Source of the DNA: an uncultured Rickettsiales bacterium
GTDB lineage: Bacteria; Pseudomonadota; Alphaproteobacteria; Rickettsiales; UBA1997
Assembly (NCBI GenBank): GCA_944392135.1
Contig: CALXVQ010000002.1
Location: forward strand, 49,825-113,824
Length of the DNA: 64,000 bases
Direction: 5' to 3'
The notes under the pieces were generated by a model. That model did no database searches, was not told the DNA's origin, and saw only the letters and a list, made by a program, of their open reading frames with translations. Positions 1 through 10,557 of the stretch are shown here, piece by piece (within the stretch, counting starts at the first letter, position 1; each line of letters starts with the position of its first letter). Both the position numbers and the translations under genes were made by a program.

Positions 1-129
1 TCAGAAAAAACCTACAGTGGAACTGGATATATTGTTCTAAGCAGTGAGGGAAGCAAAAAACAGGGAGAAAGTCAAAGCGATACATTTGACCTTGTATGCC
101 AAACTGGAAAATTATCAATTACTTCGTAA
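1..129 (+). CDS. 3' end of probable phage tail tube protein (truncated by window edge)
   Basis: Frame 1 open from base 1 to TAA at 127-129 (SEKTYSGTGYIVLSSEG...KLSITS*); lies directly upstream of the tail chaperone and tape measure genes. Confidence 0.55.
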   Translation, partial: SEKTYSGTGYIVLSSEGSKKQGESQSDTFDLVCQTGKLSITS

Positions 130-175
130 TTGAATTGGGAATTAAGAATTACAACAAATATCAAAGGAAAAAACC

Positions 176-655
176 ATGTCAAACCAAAACCAAAACAATA
201 TAGAAGTCATAATGACAGAAGAAGAAGCAAATAAATATCTAAACTCCTTTAAAGAAAAAATGGGCTATAAAGATATCTCGCTAATTCTAAAATCAGAAGC
301 ATTAAATAATAATGATGAAGAAGACAAGGAAGAATTAAAGAAATTAAAAACTATCAGAAACAAGCTAATAGAGGGTATAAGAATTGGAATAATATTTTTT
401 GATGAAGAGATAAAAGGTATAACTCAAAAACTTCTATATCCATTTGAATACAATGGAAATAAAGTAGAAGAAATATGCTTTTTTAAAAAGCTAAAACTAA
501 AGGACATTAAGAACATCAGTCAAGGTAAAGAAGCAGAAATTTTAATAAAGAATATTGCCACCATGACAAATGAGAAAGTAGAAAAGATAGAAGAGCTTGA
601 TACAAATGATTTTGACTATACAAGTTCTATCTATGCTTTTTTACAAAAGAAGTAA
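176..655 (+). CDS. phage tail assembly chaperone (TAC, gpE/gp41-like)
   Basis: Position before the tape measure gene; C-terminal IEELDTNDF motif typical of TACs; slippery site at its end. Confidence 0.75.
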   Translation: MSNQNQNNIEVIMTEEEANKYLNSFKEKMGYKDISLILKSEALNNNDEEDKEELKKLKTIRNKLIEGIRIGIIFFDEEIKGITQKLLYPFEYNGNKVEEICFFKKLKLKDIKNISQGKEAEILIKNIATMTNEKVEKIEELDTNDFDYTSSIYAFLQKK

Positions 656-795
656 TTGCAAATATTGAGTATTATTCGCAGTTGCTTCTTTTAAACAATT
701 ATGAAACTTTAACTAATCTTTTAAATCTTGATATAAAATTTATTGTTGATTATGGTGCTATATGCGAAGCACACATAAAAAGACAAAATAAATAA
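637..795 (+). other. programmed -1 frameshift site (T TTT TTA, 637-643) and 50-codon extension (gpE'/gpGT-like)
   Basis: In-register heptamer just before the TAC stop; -1 frame open to TAA 793-795 (TKEVIANIEYYSQLLLL...RQNK*). Confidence 0.75.
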
Positions 796-797
796 AA

Positions 798-842
798 ACA
801 ACTATCAACTATCAACTGTCAACTTTCAACTATTAATTATCA
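798..842. repeat. heptamer (CAACTAT-like) tandem array
   Basis: caactat caactat caactgt caacttt caactat; same unit at 11051-11087, 11441-11474 (inverted) and 11601-11672. Confidence 0.7.
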
Positions 843-851
843 AGTAATTTT

Positions 852-2819
852 ATGTCAACAATATATTCAATTGCTCTCAAACTATCCCTTGACGGAGTCA
901 ATCAACTCAAAAACTCCTTCTCCATCGCCACACAGGAAATTAAAAAAGCTTCAACAGGCATAACGGGAATAGTGTCAAACTCTGCAATACAAATGAAAGA
1001 GCTTGCAAATAACAGCATAGTTCAGGCAGTTGGAGTTGGTGCGGTTGTTGCTGGAATGACAAAGGCCATTAATGTTGGTATAGAATTTGAAGATACATTT
1101 CTTCGTGCAACTGCAAAGATAAAAGGTGGAGTAAAACAAGGAAGTGAAGAATTTAACAAACTTGAATTATTGGTTCTTGAACTTGGAGCTAAAACAGAAT
1201 TCTCAACAAGTGAAGTGGCACAGGGTTTAGACTTTTGGGCTAAGGCAGGCAAGACCACAAATGAAATAATGCAATTGCTTCCAAAGTCTCTTGATATGGC
1301 CACTGCAAGCGGTCTTGATCTAGCAAGAGCAAGTGATATCATAAGTGATGCAATAGGTATATTTAATCTCAACAGTGCTGATATGAATGAATTATCTGCC
1401 AATACTGATAGAATTATGGATGTTATGTCAAAGACTGTTACTATGACAAATACAAGTATGGATGAACTATTTGAAACAAGTAAAATAGCTGGTGGTATAT
1501 TTACGACAGCAGGACAAAGCATAGAAACTTTTAATGCTTCGGTTGCCATTCTTGCAGATAATTCTATGAAAGGTTCAGTAGCGGGAACTAATCTAAGGGC
1601 AATTATGGCCAAGCTTGCAAGTCCAGTGGCACAGGCAAGGGAAGTGCTTGATAGTCTTGGTGTGTCTATATCCGATGAAGATGGAAACATGAGAGATTTT
1701 GCTGATATTCTTGATGATTTAAAAAATGCAACAAAAGATTTTGGAAATTCACAACAGCTTGCTATATTTAAAGTTCTTGCAGGTCAAGAAGCAATGAATG
1801 GTTTAAACTTTCTTGTTAAGGAAGGCGGAGATAAATTAAGGCAATATAGAACAGAACTTGAAAAATCATCAGGAAGCACAAAGGAACTAGCGGATTTATT
1901 TAGGACCGATACAAAGGCAGATTGGGACAACTTTACATCTGCAATAGAAGGTCTTGCAATTACATTATTTAAATATTTGCAGCCAACAATTAAAGTGGTA
2001 TTACAGGGTATAACATCACTTATAGATTTATTTAATGAAATAACAGGAGACTGTAAAACATTAAAGATTTTATTTATAGGCTTGGGTATTATTATATTAT
2101 CAACATTTGCTCCGGTGTCTGCTGCTATAATAGGAATTACTCTATTATTCGCAGGACTTGTAAGGGCATTTCAATACTGTTATAAAGAATTTGACTGGTT
2201 TAAGAATGGCATAGATAATGCAGTCAGCTATATCAAATATATATTCTTTAATACGGTAGATAATATAAAATCATTTATAAATAATGCCGTAAATACTTTT
2301 AAATCTTTTAGTGATGGATTTGGAACTGGTTTTTTAAATATATTGACACTAATCAATCAAGGATTATTTAAACTAATGATAACACCTATCAAATGGGCTT
2401 TAAAGGCCGTTAGTTATCTTCCGAAAAAGTTTGGTGGTGGATTGGCGGAAAATGCACTTAATGCCATTGATCAATATGAAAAAGATACTTTTAAATATTC
2501 TTTTAGCAATGATATTGATAAAAATAACAAAAAAGAAACAAATGAAATGGCTACACCAACGATGACAAAAATCCCAACTTCAAAAGATATAATACCAGCA
2601 GTTTTAGAAACCAAATTTGGAAATAACAATTTAAATAACAACTCAAACAATGGACAGCAGAATCAAACATCAATAAAACAATATCCTCAGCAAAACAATA
2701 GCAGCAATATAAAATCAACATTGGATATAAACATAATAGCACCAAAGAATTATAGCACAAACTACTCTTTAAATAATAGCCAAAATAGTTCGTTATTAAT
2801 TAATGTCGGAAACCAATAG
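852..2819 (+). CDS. phage tail tape measure protein (TP901-family core)
   Basis: Helical Ala/Ser-rich; motifs TEFSTSEVAQGL, KGSVAGTNLR, GNMRDFADIL; internal hydrophobic segment. Confidence 0.92.
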   Translation: MSTIYSIALKLSLDGVNQLKNSFSIATQEIKKASTGITGIVSNSAIQMKELANNSIVQAVGVGAVVAGMTKAINVGIEFEDTFLRATAKIKGGVKQGSEEFNKLELLVLELGAKTEFSTSEVAQGLDFWAKAGKTTNEIMQLLPKSLDMATASGLDLARASDIISDAIGIFNLNSADMNELSANTDRIMDVMSKTVTMTNTSMDELFETSKIAGGIFTTAGQSIETFNASVAILADNSMKGSVAGTNLRAIMAKLASPVAQAREVLDSLGVSISDEDGNMRDFADILDDLKNATKDFGNSQQLAIFKVLAGQEAMNGLNFLVKEGGDKLRQYRTELEKSSGSTKELADLFRTDTKADWDNFTSAIEGLAITLFKYLQPTIKVVLQGITSLIDLFNEITGDCKTLKILFIGLGIIILSTFAPVSAAIIGITLLFAGLVRAFQYCYKEFDWFKNGIDNAVSYIKYIFFNTVDNIKSFINNAVNTFKSFSDGFGTGFLNILTLINQGLFKLMITPIKWALKAVSYLPKKFGGGLAENALNAIDQYEKDTFKYSFSNDIDKNNKKETNEMATPTMTKIPTSKDIIPAVLETKFGNNNLNNNSNNGQQNQTSIKQYPQQNNSSNIKSTLDINIIAPKNYSTNYSLNNSQNSSLLINVGNQ

Positions 2820-2827
2820 CCAATATC

Positions 2828-4174
2828 ATGAGTTATATAGACAGACAGCATATAATCACTTGGACTTCCCCAAGTGGCAAATCATTTGAATTAAATAATA
2901 TCAATTCAATAGAATACTCTTTTAGACATTATGGAAACTTAACAACAATTATAAACAAAAAAGAAGAAGATAATTCGCTGGCGTTCCTAAAAAAAGAGAA
3001 AGGGAATAACAATTCAAGCAAGGGCGATATATTTGAAGATTTGGGGATCAGTGGAAGAACAATTCCTTTGCAAATAGTATTCTCCGGAAATAACCACGAC
3101 AAAGAGTCTGAATATTTTGAAAATGCCTTTAAAGAACTTGGAGAAAGCAGACTGCAGCTGCCATATGACAGCAGACCCATAAGAGTAAATGCTCAAACAT
3201 TAACTAAAAAGCAGGATCTTGTAAAGGATATAGCATCAACTATTATTGATGTAGAATTTATAGAAACAAAGCAGAATATTCCACTTAAAACATCAAATAA
3301 TAATTTAAAAAATACTATAAAGCAAAATATAGAAGAAGAGATACTTGAATTAGACAACAACTACAATAACTTTATAGAAACTACACCGGCAGAAAAACTT
3401 CAAAGTCTGCTTAATAAGTTTAATAAAGTTTTAACAAAAGTAAGTAATTCAATTAACAATATAGCAAATGGAAACATTGATGCAATATTAAGAGATATTC
3501 AAGCAAATCTATTGAACGGAAGCGATATAACTCTATTGCAGGAAACAAGCAAACTTATTGATGCTGGTTTCTCTACAATGAGTTCAGCACCATATATAAA
3601 AACTCTATTGGAAAATACAATAAATGATATTACAGGAAACGAGCTAAAAGAAAATAATAATAACAACAATGAAGATATTTTATATACAAACATAATTAGT
3701 CAAGATGATCTAACAACAAATGATTTTTTTATATCAAATATATTTCTATCTGCATGCAACAACATTCTTGATTCAATTGATACAATACAAACTAGAAAGG
3801 AAGCAACACAAATAGCTCTATCAATTCAGAATATATATACAGAATATAGAAAATATTACGATATAAAATATAATCTACTTGACTTGAATTTAAAAGATAT
3901 TAAGTCCAGCAATGCAAATATCAATATTAATATAAATTATATAATTCAAACAACACTTGGTATTTTAATTGAAGCATCATTTAATCTAAAAACAGAATTT
4001 AATATAATATTAAATGAAGATACAAATTTAATAGATTTTGCATATAAATATTATAAAAAAGATTTCAATGATAATCAGGAAGAGACAATAAATAAAATTA
4101 TAAAAACAAACAATATAAACAATGAAGAATTTATACTTATACCAAAGAATAGGAATATGATAATTTATCTATAA
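2828..4174 (+). CDS. Mu gp43-like DNA circularisation/tail protein
   Basis: WTSPSGKSF and EDLGISGR motifs, C-terminal LysM-like end; follows the tape measure gene. Confidence 0.7.
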   Translation: MSYIDRQHIITWTSPSGKSFELNNINSIEYSFRHYGNLTTIINKKEEDNSLAFLKKEKGNNNSSKGDIFEDLGISGRTIPLQIVFSGNNHDKESEYFENAFKELGESRLQLPYDSRPIRVNAQTLTKKQDLVKDIASTIIDVEFIETKQNIPLKTSNNNLKNTIKQNIEEEILELDNNYNNFIETTPAEKLQSLLNKFNKVLTKVSNSINNIANGNIDAILRDIQANLLNGSDITLLQETSKLIDAGFSTMSSAPYIKTLLENTINDITGNELKENNNNNNEDILYTNIISQDDLTTNDFFISNIFLSACNNILDSIDTIQTRKEATQIALSIQNIYTEYRKYYDIKYNLLDLNLKDIKSSNANINININYIIQTTLGILIEASFNLKTEFNIILNEDTNLIDFAYKYYKKDFNDNQEETINKIIKTNNINNEEFILIPKNRNMIIYL

Positions 4175-4299
4175 TAAAGTGTAAAAAACCTTGCTATTAA
4201 AATAAAAAGTATTAATATGATGTTGAAAAATATGATATGGATGCATATCGTATTATAATATAAAAAACATAAGAATAATAAAATAATAAAGGTAAAAAT

Positions 4300-4572
4300 A
4301 TGTTTAAAACAGATTTAATAGATACAATCGCCTCAAAGACTGGCAATACTAAAGTTGCTACTGAGTTATTTTTAGACTCATTTGTAGAAACTATATTGGA
4401 GTCATTAAAAAAAGGCGAAGATGTTTCTTTAATTGGCTTTGGCAGCTTTAAAGTTGTTGATACTAAAGCAAAAACTGGAAGAAATCCTAGAACCGGCAAA
4501 GAAATTAAAATACCAGCAGGCAAAAAGGTAAAGTTTACTATTGGCAAGGCTCTAAAAGATTCAGTCAAATAA
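4300..4572 (+). CDS. hup: HU-family DNA-binding protein (prophage moron)
   Basis: GFGSF and TGRNPRTGKEIKIPA signature, 90 aa. Confidence 0.95.
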   Translation: MFKTDLIDTIASKTGNTKVATELFLDSFVETILESLKKGEDVSLIGFGSFKVVDTKAKTGRNPRTGKEIKIPAGKKVKFTIGKALKDSVK

Positions 4573-4621
4573 TAACTAATCATATAGCAACCAATCATAT
4601 AATAATTTTATTAATAATACT

Positions 4622-4647
4622 GACCATCAATTATGATGGTCTTTTTT
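4622..4647 (+). terminator. intrinsic terminator after hup
   Basis: GACCATCA-atta-TGATGGTC followed by T6. Confidence 0.85.
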
Positions 4648-4661
4648 AGAGATTAATTTTT

Positions 4662-5882
4662 ATGTATAAACCAATACTCAAAAACACTTCTTGGGAGAAT
4701 ATTTCAAGGGCAGAATATGGAACAACCAGTCAAGCCAATAATCTTCAAAAACTAAACAATAAAAAAGACAATGGCGAAGTTATTGTTTATAGGGAAACGA
4801 ATTATAGTAGCGCCAATAGTGCAGAAAAGTTGAATCTAACAAACAACCAAGATATACATATTGAAATTAACAATTCAGAAATAGGACAGTTTATATCAAT
4901 AGATTTAATCCATTCAATTACAACAATTAAATCTGCTATATTATGCCTGTATAGAATTGATGATATAAAAATATTTGACAGCTGCAATATATATTATGGT
5001 AATAATAAAAATGCTAATAATCTCTTTTTAAAAGGCTATATTAAAAATATAATACCAACACTCAATTCAGAAAATAATTCATATATAGTTCAAATAAAGT
5101 CATATGCAGGAATACTTGTTGACAGTATAGTTCCACAGGAATTTGAATTTATCAATTCTAATCTAAAAGAAATTATAGAGCAAATATGCAGTGTCTATAA
5201 TATTAAGGTAGAGTTTAATCAAAACAACAAATATGATAAAAGTATTATTGAATATAAAATAAACAACGAAATAGACAATTCAGCATCCGCAAAATTAAAT
5301 GAGACCTGCTGGAGTTTTATAACAAGATTATGCAATTCAATGGGACTATTGGTTCAGGACAACGGAAATGGATCAATATATATTGGATCAATAAATAAAA
5401 ATGCAACCCAAAACTCAAAATATTCCTTTATATTCGGAAATAGTTCAATCTATAATTGGCTGCCAATTTATAACTATGACAACCTTGCAAGATATTATGA
5501 AATATATTCTCAATTCAACAGTAATTCAAAGGAGCTTATAACATTAGAGGCAATAAAACTTCCTATTACAAAAAGGATAATAAACAATGAAATAAACGAA
5601 GGCATATTGAAAGAATACGGAAATTGGATAGTATGCAGAGAAATAGGCAAAGCAATAAAATTGCAGATAGATATAAATGGAACTTTAAACAATAAAAACA
5701 TAAAAGAATTAGAAGTTGGAAACACCATAAACATACAGAACAAACTAATAGGATTTGAGAAAGAAACAGAAATGCTGATTGAAAGCAAGATAATAAATTA
5801 TCCAAATAAAATTACTTTAATTCTAACTCTGCCATGCACATACAATGGAGTTATTCCGGAGAAACTGCCATTTATGAACTAA
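4662..5882 (+). CDS. baseplate hub protein (Mu gp44-like) with N-terminal LysM/gpX-like segment
   Basis: SWENISRAEYGT...LQKLN N-terminus; LKEIIEQIC and ETCWSFITRLC motifs; synteny. Confidence 0.7.
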   Translation: MYKPILKNTSWENISRAEYGTTSQANNLQKLNNKKDNGEVIVYRETNYSSANSAEKLNLTNNQDIHIEINNSEIGQFISIDLIHSITTIKSAILCLYRIDDIKIFDSCNIYYGNNKNANNLFLKGYIKNIIPTLNSENNSYIVQIKSYAGILVDSIVPQEFEFINSNLKEIIEQICSVYNIKVEFNQNNKYDKSIIEYKINNEIDNSASAKLNETCWSFITRLCNSMGLLVQDNGNGSIYIGSINKNATQNSKYSFIFGNSSIYNWLPIYNYDNLARYYEIYSQFNSNSKELITLEAIKLPITKRIINNEINEGILKEYGNWIVCREIGKAIKLQIDINGTLNNKNIKELEVGNTINIQNKLIGFEKETEMLIESKIINYPNKITLILTLPCTYNGVIPEKLPFMN

Positions 5883-5926
5883 AAAATATTAAAGAATATC
5901 AATAAAAAAATAAAAGAAAGAAATAA

Positions 5927-6469
5927 ATGATAAAACTAACGATACTTGAAACATTTATAAAAAATACATTTAGAATTATAAAAGGAGAAACCTATAAAGA
6001 CATAATCCACCATGCAAAACAATATAGCAGTGGCGGAGATGACTACAGCCCGCCAAAGAATACTGAATGCATAGCCTCAACACTCAACAATAATGATTGT
6101 GAAACAGTTGTTATTCTATACAATGATAAAACAGCAAGAATATCTCAACCCGGAGAAAAGAGAATTTATTCAACAGACGAAAACGGAAAAGAAATAAAAG
6201 CAACAATACATCTAAAAAACAATGGGAATATTGAAATAACAGCAAATAATAATATTACAATAAATGCAGAAAACATAAATGCAACAGCAAAAAATATTGA
6301 GGCCACAGCAGAAAACATTAATATAAATTCAGAATGCAACATAAATGGTAATTGCAATCTTGGCGGAAGCGGCGGAATGCCGGTATTAACAACAAATACA
6401 GTAATATTGGATAGTTTAGGCAATCCCTGCACAATAACAAATCCAGCAATAAAGGTAAAGGCGGTATGA
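5927..6469 (+). CDS. baseplate spike protein (Mu gp45/gpV-like)
   Basis: PGEKRIYS motif, beta-helical INAENINATAKNIEATAENININ repeats. Confidence 0.8.
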   Translation: MIKLTILETFIKNTFRIIKGETYKDIIHHAKQYSSGGDDYSPPKNTECIASTLNNNDCETVVILYNDKTARISQPGEKRIYSTDENGKEIKATIHLKNNGNIEITANNNITINAENINATAKNIEATAENININSECNINGNCNLGGSGGMPVLTTNTVILDSLGNPCTITNPAIKVKAV

Positions 6470-6470
6470 T

Positions 6471-6875
6471 ATGGATTTTAAAATATACGAACAAGGAGAC
6501 GGCGGAGAACTCAACATTATTGGCGGAGATATAGAACCAGAAAATACTCTTTCAAACTCAATATATCTAAGTTTATTCAGCGGGGATGTTTGGTATAACA
6601 TATTTGAAGAATCTGATTCTTTAAAAACAAATGATGCTGTTGAACAGCTTTTGAATGAATTTGTTATTTCAACAAAGAACCTTAGAAAGTTAGAAGCATT
6701 AATAAATGAAAGCCTAAATTGGCTGATAGAAGAAGGCATTATAGAATCAATAGAAACATCTGCAATGCCATCATTTGAAAGCATAAAAATTTCAATAACT
6801 ATAAAAGAACCAAATAATACAGATAAAAAATATATAATTATATGGAATAATCAAAAAGCAATTTTAAAAGAATAA
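6471..6875 (+). CDS. baseplate wedge protein (Mu gp46-like)
   Basis: LSNSIYLSLF and LNWLIEEGI motifs; position before baseplate J. Confidence 0.75.
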   Translation: MDFKIYEQGDGGELNIIGGDIEPENTLSNSIYLSLFSGDVWYNIFEESDSLKTNDAVEQLLNEFVISTKNLRKLEALINESLNWLIEEGIIESIETSAMPSFESIKISITIKEPNNTDKKYIIIWNNQKAILKE

Positions 6876-6896
6876 ATAATAGCAGCAAAAAATAAA

Positions 6897-8192
6897 ATGA
6901 CTAGTTTTAAAAAACCCACAATTCAAGAAATCTATAATACAATAATAAATGACTACAAAACAAGAACAAATGTAAAAGTTCCAATATTAAAAAGATCATT
7001 GATAAAATGCTTTGCATATGCAATAGCTGGCATAGTATCTTTAATATGGAACTTCGCAGAATGGCAATATCTTCAAATATTTATTGAAACCTGCGACTTT
7101 GAAGCATTAAAAAGATGGGGAAATCTTGTAGATGTAAATTATAGATTAGGAACAAAGGCAGTTCTAAAAATAAAACTAGAAAATGCAACTAAAAGCGAAA
7201 TAACCGCAGGAACTGCATGGAAGAATCTTGACAATGGATTAATATATAGATCATTAACTACAATAAATACAAACATAAGCACAAATACAAATACAAACAC
7301 AAGCGCAAATACAGCAAAAGGCAATACACCAACAGATATATTTATAAATGTTGAATGCTCAGTTAGTGGAGAAATCGGAAACATGCTGAATGATTCAAAA
7401 CTAAATCTAATAAATCCAGTTGCAGGACTTCCGGAAACTGCTATTGTATATTCAACAGAAATCATTGGAACAGATAATGAAAACATTGAAGATTACAGAA
7501 TAAGAGTTTTAAACAGATACAAAAGAAAGCCTCAGGGCGGTGCTGCAATAGACTACTATAATTGGGTGACAGAAGTTGCAGGAATAGTTGACTGTCTCCC
7601 ATATGTTTTACAAAATGGACTGATTACTCTTTATATAGTTGCAAACGGCAGTGGAACAAACAGAACACCAACGGGAAGCATAGAACCAAATATATTTCCC
7701 CAATGGCAAAATGGACAGATGTTGGATATTGTTGGATATGGGCAGTTTTTAAGTGTGGCAAATAGTATAAATGGAGACAATGCAAACAATGCAGCAAGCA
7801 ACAGCACAAGCAGCAGCACAAACAACAGACGGCCAATGAATGCAAGAGTTCAGCTATTGCCGCCAAACTATACAGAATACAAAATAAAAATAGAAGACCT
7901 AAATCCAATTAATGAATCTATAATTCAAAATATAAAGAATAGCCTAATAGCCGAACTTGATAAAAAACGACCAAATATCAAAGCAATAGGCTATTCCGTA
8001 AACAATGCCACAATAAATAGCAATCAATTAAATTCAATAGTTCAAAATATTATTGATTCAGTAGATGGCAGCTATACCAAATTTACATTAAAGAATCAAG
8101 ACAACGAAATAATACTTAATGATATTCTTGATATTGGATGTCTTGCTTATCTTGGAGAATTAAAGATTAACAACCTAATAATTGATTTATAA
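6897..8192 (+). CDS. baseplate J/gp47 protein
   Basis: GTDNENIEDYRIRVL...PQGGAAIDYYNW signature. Confidence 0.9.
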   Translation: MTSFKKPTIQEIYNTIINDYKTRTNVKVPILKRSLIKCFAYAIAGIVSLIWNFAEWQYLQIFIETCDFEALKRWGNLVDVNYRLGTKAVLKIKLENATKSEITAGTAWKNLDNGLIYRSLTTINTNISTNTNTNTSANTAKGNTPTDIFINVECSVSGEIGNMLNDSKLNLINPVAGLPETAIVYSTEIIGTDNENIEDYRIRVLNRYKRKPQGGAAIDYYNWVTEVAGIVDCLPYVLQNGLITLYIVANGSGTNRTPTGSIEPNIFPQWQNGQMLDIVGYGQFLSVANSINGDNANNAASNSTSSSTNNRRPMNARVQLLPPNYTEYKIKIEDLNPINESIIQNIKNSLIAELDKKRPNIKAIGYSVNNATINSNQLNSIVQNIIDSVDGSYTKFTLKNQDNEIILNDILDIGCLAYLGELKINNLIIDL

Positions 8193-8211
8193 ATATATAA
8201 ATAAATATAGT

Positions 8212-8997
8212 ATGATAAATGATAAGCTTTTTAAAACATTCAAGCTTCTTCTTGGCAAAGGTAGAGCTTTTAACCTTCAAAGCCATAATATTCAAAATAT
8301 CTCAAAATCTATTCTAAAACCCTTTGAAGAATTAATAAGGATATTTCACAGAATAGCATTAACCACATTTCCATCAGAGAATAGCTATTATTCAAATAAC
8401 AATGAAAAACTGGAAGATATAAAAAATCTTGAAGCACAATTTAATATAGATTCAAATTCAATAGATAATAATAAATCACTAAATAAAGCTACAATAGAAG
8501 AAAGAGCAAAAAATATAGAAGCACAATTTGGAATAGTAGGAGGCCAGAGTTGGAAATATCTTCAAACCAGTATTCAAAATATAGGAATAGATGCAAGAGT
8601 TGTAGAAAACATACCGGCAAGAGATCTGCTATCCGAGAATATAATGCAGTATGGACTAAAACAATATGATGCAAAGGATGAAAATGGATTGCAATATGCC
8701 ATGTATGGCAAAAGCGGTTATTTATTATTAGGAAACGGAACTATTCAAATAAAAGAAATAATAAAAGAAGGCAAGAAAGATGAGAAAGACGAAGAAATAG
8801 AAACAAACAAAGAAAAATATAAAATAGTAAATAAAGATCCAATAACAATAGAAGGCAATACAAATCTATTTCTTATTGAAAATATAAATGGAGGACCAAT
8901 TAAAATAACAGCAGGACAATTAAATCTATTAATAGATTTAATATTGAGAATAAAACCACTGGAACAGGTGGCTTTGTTGAATATAGTTTTAATCTAA
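8212..8997 (+). CDS. baseplate protein (Mu gp48-like)
   Basis: LLGKGRAF, GGQSWKYLQ, LILRIKP motifs; ATG 8212 preferred over TTG 8182. Confidence 0.7.
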   Translation: MINDKLFKTFKLLLGKGRAFNLQSHNIQNISKSILKPFEELIRIFHRIALTTFPSENSYYSNNNEKLEDIKNLEAQFNIDSNSIDNNKSLNKATIEERAKNIEAQFGIVGGQSWKYLQTSIQNIGIDARVVENIPARDLLSENIMQYGLKQYDAKDENGLQYAMYGKSGYLLLGNGTIQIKEIIKEGKKDEKDEEIETNKEKYKIVNKDPITIEGNTNLFLIENINGGPIKITAGQLNLLIDLILRIKPLEQVALLNIVLI

Positions 8998-9066
8998 TTA
9001 AACAATATGATATAAAATATAATATAAAACATAATTTAAAATTTTAGCAATAAACCAAATCAACAT

Positions 9067-10524
9067 ATGAGAAAAATGTCAGACTATGTGGATACAAATC
9101 CACCAACAACCGATACACCCAATGGAACATTCAAGAATGAAACCCAGCCCAATGCTTGTGATGGAACTGATATAAAGGCGGAGCATATGCAGGATCCCTA
9201 CTATGCCCTGTATCAAATACTTCAGCTTGCAGGAGAAATACCAAATGGAGAATTGGAAAATGGAAATAACAGCAGACAGTTTTTAAAAAGTTTATCAAGC
9301 ATTGGCTGGTTCAAATATGACAGCAAACTTGAATATAAAAAGAATGCTATTGCAATTTATACCATAGACTCCACCACAAAACTTTACAGATCAGAGAAAG
9401 ACAATAATAATGCACCATTAACAAATACGGACTATTGGGTTAATATATTAACAATAAACAGCGATAATACAATAGAACTCAATTCAACATCAATGGATAA
9501 TGCAACAGTTTTTATTGGTGCATTTATGTACGGCATAAGAAATGATACTCCGGAAGGATGGCTAAGATGTGATGGAACTGACAAACCAGCAAAGGCATTT
9601 ATGAGCTTTATAAATAATTATCTTTTAAGTGGTAAAATACCCTATAAGAATTTAACAGACTGGCAGACAGAATATAATGCAAATAATGGAAATTGCGGAT
9701 ACTTTGGCTATCAGGAAGAAATACTGCAATATGAAGAAGATGAAGACAATGAAGATGAGACTAGCAACAATGCAGAAAATAAGAACAATAAAGATAAAAC
9801 ACCAGTTCTTGATGAAGATGGCAATCCAATAGTAATACAGGAAGGCATATTAAGGATGCCATGCTTTCAGGACAGAGTATTTATAGCGCAGGCATTAAAT
9901 AGCGGGAATATATCAAAGTTTAATTTAGACCAGATTGTCAATATAACGGGAAGTTTTTGCGGTGTACAAAACAATACAAAAAATACATCATCCGGAGCAT
10001 TTGATGACTCGGCAAAAATTTCTGGCTATGCTGTTGGCGGTCTTGTTTCTGTTTATGCTGGTCTTGAAACTTTTAGTGCCTCAAGAGTTGTTAGAACCGG
10101 AGATAGAGTTCAACCGCAGCATATACAATATCCTATATTTATCTGTGTAAGCAACAAAGCAGTTCCAGTAACAGAAATACAATATAATGAGTTTTTAAAA
10201 TCAATAAAAGACCTAAATAACAAAATAAACATTAGCGGTTCAAATATCACGGATAATTTTTATAAAAAATTATTGCCGAACTATAATGCCATAATTTCAA
10301 TTGCTTCAAACTATACATCGGAAATAAACGGAATAATCTTCGGCTATGTGAATACATCCAGAGGAGCATATCAATTGCTTATTAATGGCATAAGAGTCGC
10401 CTATACAGTTTTTACAGGCGGAAACTATGGAGGAATAAATGGAACTTACTATGCATTGATAAAAAAAGGCGATATAATTCAAACCAGCTATCCAGAGAAT
10501 TATGTATGCCCATTTTATGATTAA
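9067..10524 (+). CDS. tail fibre protein with collar domain
   Basis: N-terminal NETQPNACDGT attachment motif, collar motif IGAFMY...PEGWLRCDG, NITGSF...FSASRVV...VQPQHI region. Confidence 0.85.
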   Translation: MRKMSDYVDTNPPTTDTPNGTFKNETQPNACDGTDIKAEHMQDPYYALYQILQLAGEIPNGELENGNNSRQFLKSLSSIGWFKYDSKLEYKKNAIAIYTIDSTTKLYRSEKDNNNAPLTNTDYWVNILTINSDNTIELNSTSMDNATVFIGAFMYGIRNDTPEGWLRCDGTDKPAKAFMSFINNYLLSGKIPYKNLTDWQTEYNANNGNCGYFGYQEEILQYEEDEDNEDETSNNAENKNNKDKTPVLDEDGNPIVIQEGILRMPCFQDRVFIAQALNSGNISKFNLDQIVNITGSFCGVQNNTKNTSSGAFDDSAKISGYAVGGLVSVYAGLETFSASRVVRTGDRVQPQHIQYPIFICVSNKAVPVTEIQYNEFLKSIKDLNNKINISGSNITDNFYKKLLPNYNAIISIASNYTSEINGIIFGYVNTSRGAYQLLINGIRVAYTVFTGGNYGGINGTYYALIKKGDIIQTSYPENYVCPFYD

Positions 10525-10557
10525 TGACAATTTTAATATTTAATAATATACAATACC

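Noticed and set aside
1022-1690. 222-aa minus-strand ORF and similar antisense ORFs within large genes
   Set aside because: Shadow frames of well-supported genes with no recognisable motifs
9067-10524. Diversity-generating retroelement or invertible tail-fibre switch
   Set aside because: No reverse transcriptase, adenine-variant template repeat, invertase or inverted second fibre seen in the window
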